Source: Macrostomum lignano
Taxonomy: Eukaryota
Length of the DNA stretch: 64,000 nucleotides
Reading direction: 5' to 3'
Assembly: GCA_002269645.1 (NCBI GenBank)
Contig: NIVC01001746.1
Location: 178,958 to 242,957 of the forward strand
A program made the translations under genes and the position numbers. How positions within the stretch are numbered: position 1 is the stretch's first letter; each line of letters opens with the position of its first letter. Of this stretch, positions 13,901 to 26,117 are shown one piece after another. Under the pieces are notes generated by a model, which was not told the origin of the DNA, ran no database searches, and saw only the letters and a program-made list of their open reading frames with translations.

Positions 13901-16900
13901 ACGTGGGTTTGTGTCAGACGTGCACTGTAGGAACAAAGAGATTCGCTGAAATACTGTTTACAGCAGCGAAGCGCCTCGGCTGCTACGTGGACAAGGGGAG
14001 TGACAGAGACCTGCCGGTTCTCCATCATTCGTCGTCGACTACGCCCGAGTCCTGCGTGAGCCGCTGCAAATCTCAGAACTACAAGTACGCCGGTCTCCAA
14101 GCCAGTAACTGGTGCCTCTGCGGCAACTCGTACGGCAAGCACGGCAAGGCTAGCGACTCCGATTGCAAAATGGCGTGCGGCGGAGACAGCAGCAAGACCT
14201 GCGGAGGGGCCTATAGAAACGAAGTTTATCCTACTGGATTCGTTCCTGGTACGTCTTGGGACATTCGTGCTGGATTAGTCATTTGTCAGTAGCGTGCTAA
14301 TTTAAGTCGTCAAGTTAGTCAAGCTCGCTTACTTTGTGTCAGTTGGGGCGAAAGAGGGCTGCTCATTCGGCATCTTTGCATTCCTTCCGCTCGTTTTCTT
14401 GATCGGTGAAGCAGTTGATTGCTTGAGAAGTAAATTAATGCTGGAGTTAGAAAGTATAAATATTGGGTTAGGGCATGCAATATTTAGGCTTAAGCTTTGC
14501 TTCACGAGCAAAATGAGATGCTGTCTAAATTAGATGCTACCTGAATCAGACTCTGGAAAAATTAGATGCCTACCTAGATAAGATGTTTGTAGTTACTGAG
14601 CGCTGGTTGTATTTTAATGGGGAGGGGGCTGCGCTGCACGCGCTTAATTGAACGTAGTGCAGAACTAAGATGTCTATGGAAACAAGCAACGGCAACGTTG
14701 TAACAAAGATGGCAGCAGGTAAAGTACAACAATGTTACCTAAATTGATGCAGCTCAGATAAGACATTGCCTTAATTGATGCTACCTAGATGAGATGTTAC
14801 CTAAATTGATGCTACCTAGATGAGATGTTACCTAAATTGATGCTACCTAGATGAGATGTTACCTAAATTGATGCTACCTAGATGAGATGTTACCTAAATT
14901 GATCTCACCCAGATGACAGGGTACCTAAATAAATGTCACCAGATGTCACCCAAATTGATGCTGCCTAGATGAGATGTCACCTAAATTGTTGCTACAAAGA
15001 AGAGACGTTACCTAAACTTGATTGGTACCTAAATGAGACTTTGCCTAAATTAGATGCTAGCTGTTCTGTTGTACGAAAGAGAATTTCAAGAGAACGAGCC
15101 TAGGGCTGTTTACGTGGGTTTGTGCCAGACGTGCACTGTAGGAACAAAGAGATTCGCTGAAATACTGTTTACAGCAGCGAAGCGCCTCGGCTGCTACGTG
15201 GACAAGGGGAGTGACAGAGACCTGCCGGTTCTCCATCATTCGTCGTCGACTACGCCCGAGTCCTGCGTGAGCCGCTGCAAATCTCAGAACTACAAGTACG
15301 CCGGTCTCCAAGCCAGTAACTGGTGCCTCTGCGGCAACTCGTACGGCAAGCACGGCAAGGCTAGCGACTCCGATTGCAAAATGGCGTGCGGCGGAGACAG
15401 CAGCAAGACCTGCGGAGGGGCCTATAGAAACGAAGTTTATCCTACTGGATTCGTTCCTGGTACGTCTTGGGACATTCGTGCTGGATTAGTCATTTGTCAG
15501 TAGCGTGCTAATTTAAGTCGTCAAGTTAGTCAAGCTCGCTTACTTTGTGTCAGTTGGGGCGAAAGAGGGCTGCTCATTCGGCATCTTTGCATTCCTTCCG
15601 CTCGTTTTCTTGATCGGTGAAGCAGTTGATTGCTTGAGAAGTAAATTAATGCTGGAGTTAGAAAGTATAAATATTGGGTTAGGGCATGCAATATTTAGGC
15701 TTAAGCTTTGCTTCACGAGCAAAATGAGATGCTGTCTAAATTAGATGCTACCTGAATCAGACTCTGGAAAAATTAGATGCCTACCTAGATAAGATGTTTG
15801 TAGTTACTGAGCGCTGGTTGTATTTTAATGGGGAGGGGGCTGCGCTGCACGCGCTTAATTGAACGTAGTGCAGAACTAAGATGTCTATGGAAACAAGCAA
15901 CGGCAACGTTGTAACAAAGATGGCAGCAGGTAAAGTACAACAATGTTACCTAAATTGATGCAGCTCAGATAAGACATTGCCTTAATTGATGCTACCTAGA
16001 TGAGATGTTACCTAAATTGATGCTACCTAGATGAGATGTTACCTAAATTGATGCTACCTAGATGAGATGTTACCTAAATTGATGCTACCTAGATGAGATG
16101 TTACCTAAATTGATGCTACCTAGGTGAGATGTTACCTAAATTGATGCTACCTAGGTGAGATGTTACCTAAATTGATGCTACCTAGATGAGATGTTACCTA
16201 AATGGATGCTACCTAGATGAGAGGTTACCTAAATTGATCTCACCCAGATGACAGGGTACCTAAATAAATGTCACCAGATGTCACCCAAATTGATGCTACC
16301 TAGATGAAATGTTACCTAAATGGATGCTACCTAGATGAGAGGTTACCTAAATTGATGCTACCTAGATGAGAGGTACCTAAATTGATCTCACCCAGATGAC
16401 AGGGTACCTAAATAAATGTCACCAGATGTCACCCAAATTGATGCTGCCTAGATGAGATGTTACCTAAATTGATGCTACCTAGATGAGAGGTACCTAAATT
16501 GATGTCACCCAAATGACAGGGTACCTAAATAAATGTCACCAGATGTCACCCAAATTGATGCTGCCTAGATGAGAGGTTACCTAAATTGATCTCACCCAGA
16601 TGACAGGGTACCTAAATAAATGTCACCAGATGTCACCCAAATTGATGCTACCTAGATGAGATGTTACCTAAATGGATGCTACCTAGATGAGAGGTTACCT
16701 AAATTGATCTCACCCAGATGACAGGGTACCTAAATAAATGTCACCAGATGTCACCCAAATTGATGCTGCCTAGATGAGATGTTACCTAAATTGATCTCAC
16801 CCAGATGACAGGGTACCTAAATAAATGTCACCAGATGTCACCCAAATTGATGCTACCTAGATGAGATGTTACCTAAATGGATGCTACCTAGATGAGAGGT

Positions 16901-19900
16901 TACCTAAATTGATCTTACCCAGATGACAGGGTACCTAAATAAATGTCACCAGATGTCACCCAAATTGATGCTACCTAGATGAAATGTTACCTAAATGGAT
17001 GCTACCTAGATGAGAGGTTACCTAAATTGATGCTACCTAGATGAGAGGTACCTAAATTGATCTCACCCAGATGACAGGGTACCTAAATAAATGTCACCAG
17101 ATGTCACCCAAATTGATGCTGCCTAGATGAGATGTTACCTAAATTGATGCTACCTAGATGAGAGGTACCTAAATTGATGTCACCCAAATGACAGGGTACC
17201 TAAATAAATGTCACCCAGATGTCACCCAAATTGATGCTGCCTAGATGAGATGTTACCTAAATTGATCTCACCCAGATGACAGGGTACCTAAATAAATGTC
17301 ACCAGATGTCACCCAAATTGATGCTACCTAGATGAGATGTTACCTAAATGGATGCTACCTAGATGAGAGGTTACCTAAATTGATCTCACCCAGATGACAG
17401 GGTACCTAAATAAATGTCACCAGATGTCACCCAAATTGATGCTGCCTAGATGAGAGGTTACCTAAATTGATCTCACCCAGATGACAGGGTACCTAAATAA
17501 ATGTCACCAGATGTCACCCAAATTGATGCTACCTAGATGAGATGTTACCTAAATGGATGCTACCTAGATGAGAGGTTACCTAAATTGATCTCACCCAGAT
17601 GACAGGGTACCTAAATAAATGTCACCAGATGTCACCCAAATTGATGCTGCCTAGATGAGATGTCACCTAAATTGTTGCTACAAAGAAGAGACGTTACCTA
17701 AACTTGATTGGTACCTAAATGAGACTTTGCCTAAATTAGATGCTAGCTGTTCTGTTGTACGAAAGAGAATTTCAAGAGAACGAGCCTAGGGCTGTTTACG
17801 TGGGTTTGTGTCAGACGTGCACTGTAGGAACAAAGAGATTCGCTGAAATACTGTTTACAGCAGCGAAGCGCCTCGGCTGCTACGTGGACAAGGGGAGTGA
17901 CAGAGACCTGCCGGTTCTCCATCATTCGTCGTCGACTACGCCCGAGTCCTGCGTGAGCCGCTGCAAATCTCAGAACTACAAGTACGCCGGTCTCCAAGCC
18001 AGTAACTGGTGCCTCTGCGGCAACTCGTACGGCAAGCACGGCAAGGCTAGCGACTCCGATTGCAAAATGGCGTGCGGCGGAGACAGCAGCAAGACCTGCG
18101 GAGGGGCCTATAGAAACGAAGTTTATCCTACTGGATTCGTTCCTGGTACGTCTTGGGACATTCGTGCTGGATTAGTCATTTGTCAGTAGCGTGCTAATTT
18201 AAGTCGTCAAGTTAGTCAAGCTCGCTTACTTTGTGTCAGTTGGGGCGAAAGAGGGCTGCTCATTCGGCATCTTTGCATTCCTTCCGCTCGTTTTCTTGAT
18301 CGGTGAAGCAGTTGATTGCTTGAGAAGTAAATTAATGCTGGAGTTAGAAAGTATAAATATTGGGTTAGGGCATGCAATATTTAGGCTTAAGCTTTGCTTC
18401 ACGAGCAAAATGAGATGCTGTCTAAATTAGATGCTACCTGAATCAGACTCTGGAAAAATTAGATGCCTACCTAGATAAGATGTTTGTAGTTACTGAGCGC
18501 TGGTTGTATTTTAATGGGGAGGGGGCTGCGCTGCACGCGCTTAATTGAACGTAGTGCAGAACTAAGATGTCTATGGAAACAAGCAACGGCAACGTTGTAA
18601 CAAAGATGGCAGCAGGTAAAGTACAACAATGTTACCTAAATTGATGCAGCTCAGATAAGACATTGCCTTAATTGATGCTACCTAGATGAGATGTTACCTA
18701 AATTGATGCTACCTAGATGAGATGTTACCTAAATTGATGCTACCTAGATGAGATGTTACCTAAATTGATGCTACCTAGATGAGATGTTACCTAAATTGAT
18801 GTTACCTAGGTGAGATGTTACCTAAATTGATGCTACCTAGATGAGATGTTACCTAAATGGATGCTACCTAGATGAGAGGTTACCTAAATTGATCTCACCC
18901 AGATGACAGGGTACCTAAATAAATGCCACCAGATGTCACCCAAATTGATGCTACCTAGATGAAATGTTACCTAAATGGATGCTACCTAGATGAGAGGTTA
19001 CCTAAATTGATGCTACCTAGATGAGAGGTACCTAAATTGATCTCACCCAGATGACAGGGTACCTAAATAAATGTCACCAGATGTCACCCAAATTGATGCT
19101 GCCTAGATGAGATGTTACCTAAATTGATGCTACCTAGATGAGAGGTACCTAAATTGATGTCACCCAAATGACAGGGTACCTAAATAAATGTCACCCAGAT
19201 GTCACCCAAATTGATGCTGCCTAGATGAGATGTTACCTAACTTGATCTCACCCAGATGACAGGGTACCTAAATAAATGTCACCAGATGTCACCCAAATTG
19301 ATGCTACCTAGATGAGATGTTACCTAAATGGATGCTACCTAGATGAGAGGTTACCTAAATTGATCTCACCCAGATGACAGGGTACCTAAATAAATGTCAC
19401 CAGATGTCACCCAAATTGATGCTACCTAGATGAGATGTTACCTAAATGGATGCTACCTAGATGAGAGGTTACCTTAATTGATCTCACCCAGATGACAGGG
19501 TACCTAAATAAATGTCACCAGATGTCACCCAAATTGATGCTACCTAGATGAGATGTTACCTAAATGGATGCTACCTAGATGAGAGGTTACCTAAATTGAT
19601 GCTACCTAGATGAGAGGTACCTAAATTGATCTCACCCAGATGACAGGGTACCTAAATAAATGTCACCAGATGTCACCCAAATTGATGCTGCCTAGATGAG
19701 ATGTTACCTAAATTGATCTCACCCAGATGACAGGGTACCTAAATAAATGTCACCAGATGTCACCCAAATTGATGCTACCTAGATGAGATGTTACCTAAAT
19801 GGATGCTACCTAGATGAGAGGTTACCTAAATTGATCTCACCCAGATGACAGGGTACCTAAGTAAATGTCACCAGATGTCACCCAAATTGATGCTGCCTAG

Positions 19901-20889
19901 ATGAGATGTTACCTAAATTGATCTCACCCAGATGACAGGGTACCTAAATAAATGTCACCAGATGTCACCCAAATTGATGCTACCTAGATGAGATGTTACC
20001 TAAATGGATGCTACCTAGATGAGAGGTTACCTAAATTGATCTCACCCAGATGACAGGGTACCTAAATAAATGTCACCAGATGTCACCCAAATTGATGCTG
20101 CCTAGATGAGATGTTACCTAAATTGATCTCACACAGATGACAGGGTACCTAAATAAATGTCACCAGATGTCAGCCAAACTGATGCTACCTAGATGAGATG
20201 TTACCTAAATGGATGCTACCTAGATGAGAGGTTACCTAAATTGATCTCACCCAGATGACAGGGTACCTAAATAAATGTCACCAGATGTCACCCAAATTGA
20301 TGCTGCCTAGATGAGATGTCACCTAAATTGTTGCTACAAAGAAGAGACATTACCTAAACTTGATTGGTACCTAAATGAGACTTTGCCTAAATTAGATGCT
20401 AGCTGTTCTGTTGTACGAAAGAGAATTTCAAGAGAACGAGCCTAGGGCTGTTTACGTGGGTTTGTGTCAGACGTGCACTGTAGGAACAAAGAGATTCGCT
20501 GAAATACTGTTTACAGCAGCGAAGCGCCTCGGCTGCTACGTGGACAAGGGGAGTGACAGAGACCTGCCGGTTCTCCATCATTCGTCGTCGACTACGCCCG
20601 AGTCCTGCGTGAGCCGCTGCAAATCTCAGAACTACAAGTACGCCGGTCTCCAAGCCAGTAACTGGTGCCTCTGCGGCAACTCGTACGGCAAGCACGGCAA
20701 GGCTAGCGACTCCGATTGCAAAATGGCGTGCGGCGGAGACAGCAGCAAGACCTGCGGAGGGGCCTATAGAAACGAAGTTTATCCTACTGGATTCGTTCCT
20801 GGTACGTCTTGGGACATTCGTGCTGGATTCGTTTGATCAGTTCTAATTTTTTTTTGCTTGAAGAGAGTCTTTATCAGAACGGTGCGTAA
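10906..20889 (+). CDS. Secreted protein with six tandem near-identical WSC carbohydrate-binding domains
   Basis: Signal exon 10906-10969 (donor gtaagc, phase 1), then six 285-nt phase 1-1 exons, each with an AG acceptor and a gtacgt donor. A short terminal exon at 20864-20889 (ESLYQNGA*) after a 62-nt intron with a T-tract is plausible but uncertain. Confidence 0.75.
11072..11356 (+). CDS. WSC exon copy 1
   Basis: LGCYVD...CVSRC...YAGLQ...CLCG...C...CGG....CGGAYRNEVY is the WSC cysteine pattern; acceptor attgcag, donor cctg|gtacgt. Confidence 0.85.
12518..12802 (+). CDS. WSC exon copy 2
   Basis: Same as copy 1 after the first ~11 nt; NAGNAG acceptor tttacagcag. Confidence 0.8.
13964..14248 (+). 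CDS. WSC exon copy 3
   Basis: Same translation as copy 2; 1446 bp downstream. Confidence 0.8.
15175..15459 (+). CDS. WSC exon copy 4
   Basis: Same translation; 1211 bp downstream of copy 3. Confidence 0.8.
17861..18145 (+). CDS. WSC exon copy 5
   Basis: Same translation; 2686 bp downstream of copy 4. Confidence 0.8.
20517..20801 (+). CDS. WSC exon copy 6
   Basis: Same translation; 2656 bp downstream of copy 5; flank diverges from the array at about 20829. Confidence 0.8.
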
Positions 20890-20997
20890 TTCGATAGTCA
20901 CTGAAAATTGAACTAAGTGTTAAATAAGCTCATATGAAATCGAAATTTTCCCAATCATCTTCCTTGAGAGCTCCTTTGACGGATGACAGTTGGTACA

Positions 20998-21122
20998 TGT
21001 GGTGTTCGTGTGGCCAAGCAATCTAAAGTTTGTCTTGGCGGTCGCGTGTATTATAAAGAATAAAATACTCTATGGTACAAGCATAGATAAATGAAATGAA
21101 CAATCAGTCTGGGGATACCACA
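20998..21122 (-). repeat. 3' LTR, with adjacent polypurine tract at 21123-21135
   Basis: 125-bp copy of 25249-25373; the minus strand reads aaaggtggaggga immediately before this LTR. Confidence 0.93.
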
Positions 21123-21142
21123 TCCCTCCACCTTTAGTAAAA

Positions 21143-24100
21143 TCAGTTCATTGTAGGGAAACGAATTGGCCTTCTCAGTACAGTCTGTGGTCGGAGTCCA
21201 CTTCTGCGCATTGTTCTTGGATCACACTGTGGTATTTCGGATGCGTCCCTCTTTTCTCGCTGACTGTCGCTCATTCCTCCTCCACCAGAAAACGTTACCA
21301 GAGCCTCGTCAGATTCTGAGTCTGGGAATATCTTTCTGGCCTTATTAACGTGACGCTTCTTGATTGTGCCACTTTTGTTCTCCAGGATCAACAGTCCTCC
21401 GACTCGCTTCCTTACGTAGTATTGCTCTGTACCAAAAAAACTATCGTACTTGTTCCTTGCTTCCCTTTCAATCACTACTGTGTCACCTGTTTTGATGTCG
21501 CAGTCACGAGCGTTCCGATTAGCGTAGTTGGACATTTTTCTTTTGTAGTCGGCGTCTTTATCTTTCTGCTTAATCAAAGGATCTATTGTCTCGTCGTTCA
21601 TTTGAGGAAGTTTTGTCCGCGCGCTCCACCGAAAGAAAAGGTTTGCTGGCGCTACGCCTGTTGCTCTCATCGGTGTTGTTCTGAAGGCGTGCAAAAAGAT
21701 TTGCAATTCCTCTTCAAAACTTGATCCATTCAAAATTCTGGATCTTCTGATGACTTTGTTCAATGTTTCATTGAATCTTTCCACCTCCCCATTTGCTGCT
21801 GGGTGACGCGGAATTATCCGAGAGTGAATGACGCCTTGACTGTTAAGGTATTCGTCAACGACTTTCGAACAGAAATTTGTTCCGTTGTCTGAGACGAGTT
21901 CTTTCATTGGTCCAAATAGTGAAATCACTTTCTTTAGAATTCGCACTACGTCGCTCGCTTCCGTGCGCTTCATGATGAACACTAGAGGAAATCTCGAGTG
22001 GTAGTCGATGAAAACTAGCAGGTTGCTACCATTCGGAAGTGGTCCTTTGAAGTCCATTGCCACTTTGTCCCACGGCTTATCCGGAATTTCCGTTGGCACA
22101 ATTGGGATCCGACTTCCTTTTTTCGTTGTGTGGATGCACACATTGCATTTCTTGCAAAAGATCTCCACGTCTTTGCTTATACCAGGCCAAAATACGGTAC
22201 TTCGCAGTCGTTCTTTGGCTTTGGAAATGCCTTGATGTCCTTCATGAGCAATTAACAGAGCTTTTGTCGCAGACTCTTCGGCAAGACAATGCGGTCTTCG
22301 TACAGGAGAATTCCATTCTGCTCCGATAGTTTATTTCTTTCTGCAAATAGTTTGTTGTGCTTTTTCCATGTTCCTCCTGATACTATTGATTCCAGTGCCT
22401 CGACAATTTCATCATCAATCGCAGAATCTTTTCGGATCTGCTCTAAGCTCAGAGCTGTGCTTACTGCGCTTTCAAGTTTGCTGTTAATGAATGCAATGTC
22501 GCGTCGATTGCAGAGTGTGTCGTTTGGTGTTTTCACCGTTTGTCTCGACAAAATATCTGCCTCGTTGGTGTCGCCTGGTTCATATTTTATCTTAAAGTTG
22601 AATGGCTGCAATCTCATTGCCCAACGCTCAATTCTTGGTGGTGGTTTTGAGTTCGATGCAAAACATCCGAGTAGAGGTTTATGATCCGTTATTACCGTAA
22701 ATTCGGCTGCTCCTTTGAGAAAGTGAGAAAATTTCTCGCATCCCCATTTAATTGCCAATGCTTCTCGCTCGATTTGACTGTATCGAGTCTCCACGTCTGT
22801 GAGAGTTCTACTGGCATAGCAAACTGGCTGTAGATTTCCATCTTTCTGCCGCTGAACCAAGATCGCACCAAGACCGACAGGACTAGCGTCTACTCGCAGC
22901 TGAGTTTCTCGCCCTGTTCCAAAGTACGCGAGCGTTTCCGTTGAGCTGATCGCTGCTTTGATGCTGTTGAAAGAATTTTCTTGTTCTGGACCCCATTCCC
23001 AGGTTTTTCCTTTCTTTGTGAGGTCATTCAGAGGCTTCGACAAGGTTGCTAGGTTTGGTACGAATCGAGCAACAAATTGTGCTAGACCAAGAAACGATTT
23101 AACTTCACTTGGATTGCACGGTGGTTTGAACATTTGAATAGCTTCCGTTTTCTTCTCGTGGATGGTTATTCCCTTCTCGGTTAGAATAAATCCCATAAAA
23201 GTAGCTTTACTCATTCCAAATTTGCATTTTTCCTTTCCAACGGTCATGCCGTTCTCCACGAGCCTTGCTAAGACCTGCTTTAGCCTGTTGTTGTGTTCCT
23301 TGACGTCCTTTCCATACACAATTATATCATCCTGAATATTCAGCAGTCCTTGTAAACCAGCCAAAACTTTTGTCATGTAGGCTTGAAGATAGAATGACGA
23401 GTTGACCCAACCCATCGGCAATCGTTTGTACCTGTACAGCGGTTGTCCAGGAATTCCTGTTGAGAACGTTGTCAGATGTCTAGATTCACTGTCTAGTTCA
23501 ATTTGATGGAACATTTTCTTGCCATCAATGTAGCTGAAGCAGCTTGCTTCTCCCATATTGGTGAGCTGATCATCCAGAGATGGGATAGGAAATTGTAGCT
23601 TTTCCGTTGCCTCGTTTAAGTTTCGTAAGTCAACGGTCAGTCGTACCTTACCAGTCTTTCCTTTTGGGACGACAACTAGCCGCGAAAGCCATGCACTGGG
23701 ACCATCAACTTTCTCTATGATTCCTGAGTTTTCCTGCTCTTCCAGTTCTTGTAGGAGTGCTTCTCTGAGATGGGCAGCTACTCTTGTTATCGATTGTGAT
23801 GTCGGCGTGCTTCCTTCCTTCAGAGCAATGGTCACTGCTGGCTGCGTGGTCAATCTACCAACTCCCTGAAATACCTCCTGATGATCTTTCAGAATTCGTT
23901 CGATTTCTTCGTTTTTCTTCTCAATCTGATTGATCGTTATCTGCAGCAAATTCAAATCGATGCTGTCTTGACATCCGAGTATTGTCTCAGCGTTGATACC
24001 GCACGTCACGATAAATTTGATTCGCTTCACTGAGTCTCCAGCCATCACAACCAGTGTTGTTGTTCCCAAGACTTCCAGCGCCTTTTTCGACATATAGGCA

Positions 24101-24438
24101 TATAGTCTTGGCTTTTCTGATCTGTTTAGGACGGTATCCTTTGACTTCACTGACTCCCACGATTTCATACTTATCAAACTTGCTGAAGATCCGGAGTCAA
24201 TGAGCACTGTACTCTCAATACCACTGATCTTCACTTTGGCTCTTGCGCCTGCTGATTCCTTCGATTCAGTCATAGCGACAGTGTTGATCTCTTCACCATT
24301 CGATTCGTCGTTGCCATTTTGCTCTTCCGGTTGCTCAGATATCTGAATATTTCTGGTTTTTATTCTGCTCCCTGTCTTTAGACATAGTCTACATGCTTGC
24401 TTGATGTGCCCTTTCTTATGGCAAAATTTGCATTCCAT
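21143..24438 (-). CDS. pol: Pol: protease, RT, RNase H, integrase; one inferred 1-nt frameshift at 22262-22265
   Basis: VLIDSGS protease; RLPMG and IQDDIIVYG RT motifs; VDASPVGLGAIL and TDHKPL RNase H; AHEGHQG...C..C zinc finger; MDFKGP, SDNG and GEVERFN integrase core. Confidence 0.93.
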
Positions 24439-25208
24439 GTTACGAGCGAAGCAATCCCAGGGACGGTGACCTGTTCTGTTGCATCTGTAGCAGACTCGAT
24501 CGCACTTGTTGGTGTTTGGAGTTGATGTCCGCTTGTCAGTCTGTTTGAACTGTAGCTTGTTATTTGGTCTGCTGTCGATTTTGCTGACTGTGTTGCGCGC
24601 CTCATTGGTTGGTTTTTCAATGTCTTTAGCCTGCGTTTTTGTTGCTTCGAAATTCTTGCTGATTTCTACTGCCTTCTTTAAGGTGAGGTCAGAGCCTTCC
24701 TTAAGCAGCAGAGTCCTTAGCGGCTTTGATGTACTCTTTAGGACTATCAGATCGCGAGCAGGCGATCCTCGAAGCTAAGCTTCACTGTACTCTCGTTTCC
24801 TCCAGGCTTGTACTCGACGTGCAAGTTGCAGTACTTTGCTGCACTTTTTAGACGACTGTAGAAGGAATCAAACGTTTCTCCCTCTATCTGGCTAACTGAC
24901 AGCAGCTTGTAAGTGTCATGGACGCTATTGGTTGCACCTTGGAATAGAGAGCTGAGCGCTTCCTTCGTTGCTTCGTAGCCTTGTTCATAGCTTACGGTTT
25001 GCAACAGCTTTCGGATTTTCGGCCCTGCTAGAAGCAAGAATGTAGCTTGCTTCTTTTCGTCGGCTATTCCTTGCACTTCCATGAACAGCTCGACTTCCTG
25101 CACATACTCGTTCCACTTATCTGCATTGTTGAGCGGATCTTCGTCTGGATCGAAATGCCCAATGCTGTAGAACTGTGCTGAGGCCATCCTGCGAGGTATT
25201 TTCTCCAT
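24400..25208 (-). CDS. gag: Gag with two CCHC knuckles, one inferred 1-nt frameshift near 24755
   Basis: ORF 24747-25208 continues in another frame as DLIVLKSTSKPLRTLLLKEGSDLTLKKAV...CYRCNRTGHRPWDC...CKFCHKKGHIKQAC, which is in frame with pol. Confidence 0.85.
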
Positions 25209-25233
25209 AGTACATCCGTAGCTTTTCTCTTTT

Positions 25234-25247
25234 CACCGCTGCCACCA
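25234..25247 (-). promoter_or_regulatory. Primer binding site TGGTGGCAGCGGTG (tRNA-Leu-like)
   Basis: Lies 1 nt inside the 5' LTR boundary and is complementary to the ...CACCGCUGCCACCA 3' end of eukaryotic tRNA-Leu(AAG/UAG). Confidence 0.8.
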
Positions 25248-25248
25248 A

Positions 25249-25373
25249 TGTGGTGTTCGTGTGGCCAAGCAATCTAAAGTTTCTCTTGGCGGTCGCGTGT
25301 ATTATAAAGAATAGAATACTCTATGGTACAAGCATAGATAAATGAAATGAACAATCAGTCTGGGGATACCACA
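25249..25373 (-). repeat. 5' LTR
   Basis: 125-bp TG...CA repeat followed on the minus strand by the PBS. Confidence 0.93.
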
Positions 25374-25909
25374 GTACATTAATGATTTTGTTGTCATTTT
25401 TGTTACGTAAAGACGCAATAGTTTGGCAGTTTAGCCCACGTCTGTTGGGTAGCAATGCTATTAGTAGAGAATATATCGCGATTGCCCAATCTGATCATTT
25501 CCGAATCAATTGCAGGTCAGTAAAAAGTACGCCGAGAACAGAAATTCAGTCTGGTGATGGAGAAATTAACAATATTAATGAACTATTGCTGATCAGACAG
25601 CCGCAGTCTTAACACAATTTTCCTTGATACTCCATTTTCCTTTCAAATGGTGTGTGGGCAATTTAAATTGAGAAGCCTATAATTGTCGTCGACCAGAATG
25701 GAATTTCTTGGAGCAGCTTATTTATTCAGTTTAATTTTTAATATATTTTTCTTCAGCACTATAAAATCGTACAGTGTTCCATAGCTCTTATTTATTTCAC
25801 CAATGAGCGCACACGGGGTTGTAGGCTAGTGGTAGAGCGTGAGTGTGCGTGTGAGTGTGTGTGTTGTAGCCCAGTCACGTCGGTGGGCCGCGGTGTTAGG
25901 CCGATCAGC

Positions 25910-26117
25910 AGAGCCTCTACTGAAGCGTTCGACCAAAAACCAGGTCGATTTGTCTGAACAGTATAAAAATCGAGGGGCGAATTGAAACGCTAATTTTATC
26001 ATTAATATAGCTGCATAAGTTAGAACTACGAATCAATGGATTTTCTAGAGGTTTGTACCCCAGGGCCGGCCTGCAGTCTTATCCGAATGGCGATGAATTT
26101 TTGTCTTCAATTTTTTG
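25910..26117 (+). repeat. Dispersed ~200-bp repeat, copy 2
   Basis: Similar to 10258-10456, same orientation, ending gtcttcaattttttg. Confidence 0.7.

Larger units (their letters stand above)
11860..20398. repeat. 31-bp minisatellite family with higher-order variants in all five WSC introns (about 11860-12400, 13300-13845, 14740-15055, 15950-17740, 18640-20398)
   Basis: Unit gatgctacctagatgagatgttacctaaatt interleaved with the variant gatctcacccagatgacagggtacctaaataaatgtcaccagatgtcacccaaatt. Confidence 0.9.
20998..25373 (-). mobile_element. Full-length Ty3/Gypsy (Mag-like) LTR retrotransposon, 4376 bp
   Basis: TG...CA LTRs at 20998-21122 and 25249-25373 (125 bp, 2 mismatches); 5-bp TSD GTACA (20993-20997, 25374-25378); PBS; PPT; domain order gag-PR-RT-RH-INT. 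Confidence 0.96.

Noticed and set aside
11437-18430. Repeated 60-aa and 65-aa ORFs in the WSC introns
   Set aside because: They recur only because the intron is duplicated; no recognisable protein features.
11860-20398. CRISPR-like appearance of the 31-bp repeat arrays
   Set aside because: There are no unique spacers, the units are head-to-tail variants, the context is a eukaryotic intron, and no cas genes are present.
12397-20836. The 149-aa ORFs as separate WSC genes starting MLAVLLYER
   Set aside because: The first 40 codons are intronic sequence upstream of a clear acceptor, there is no signal peptide, and the ATG derives from the minisatellite unit.
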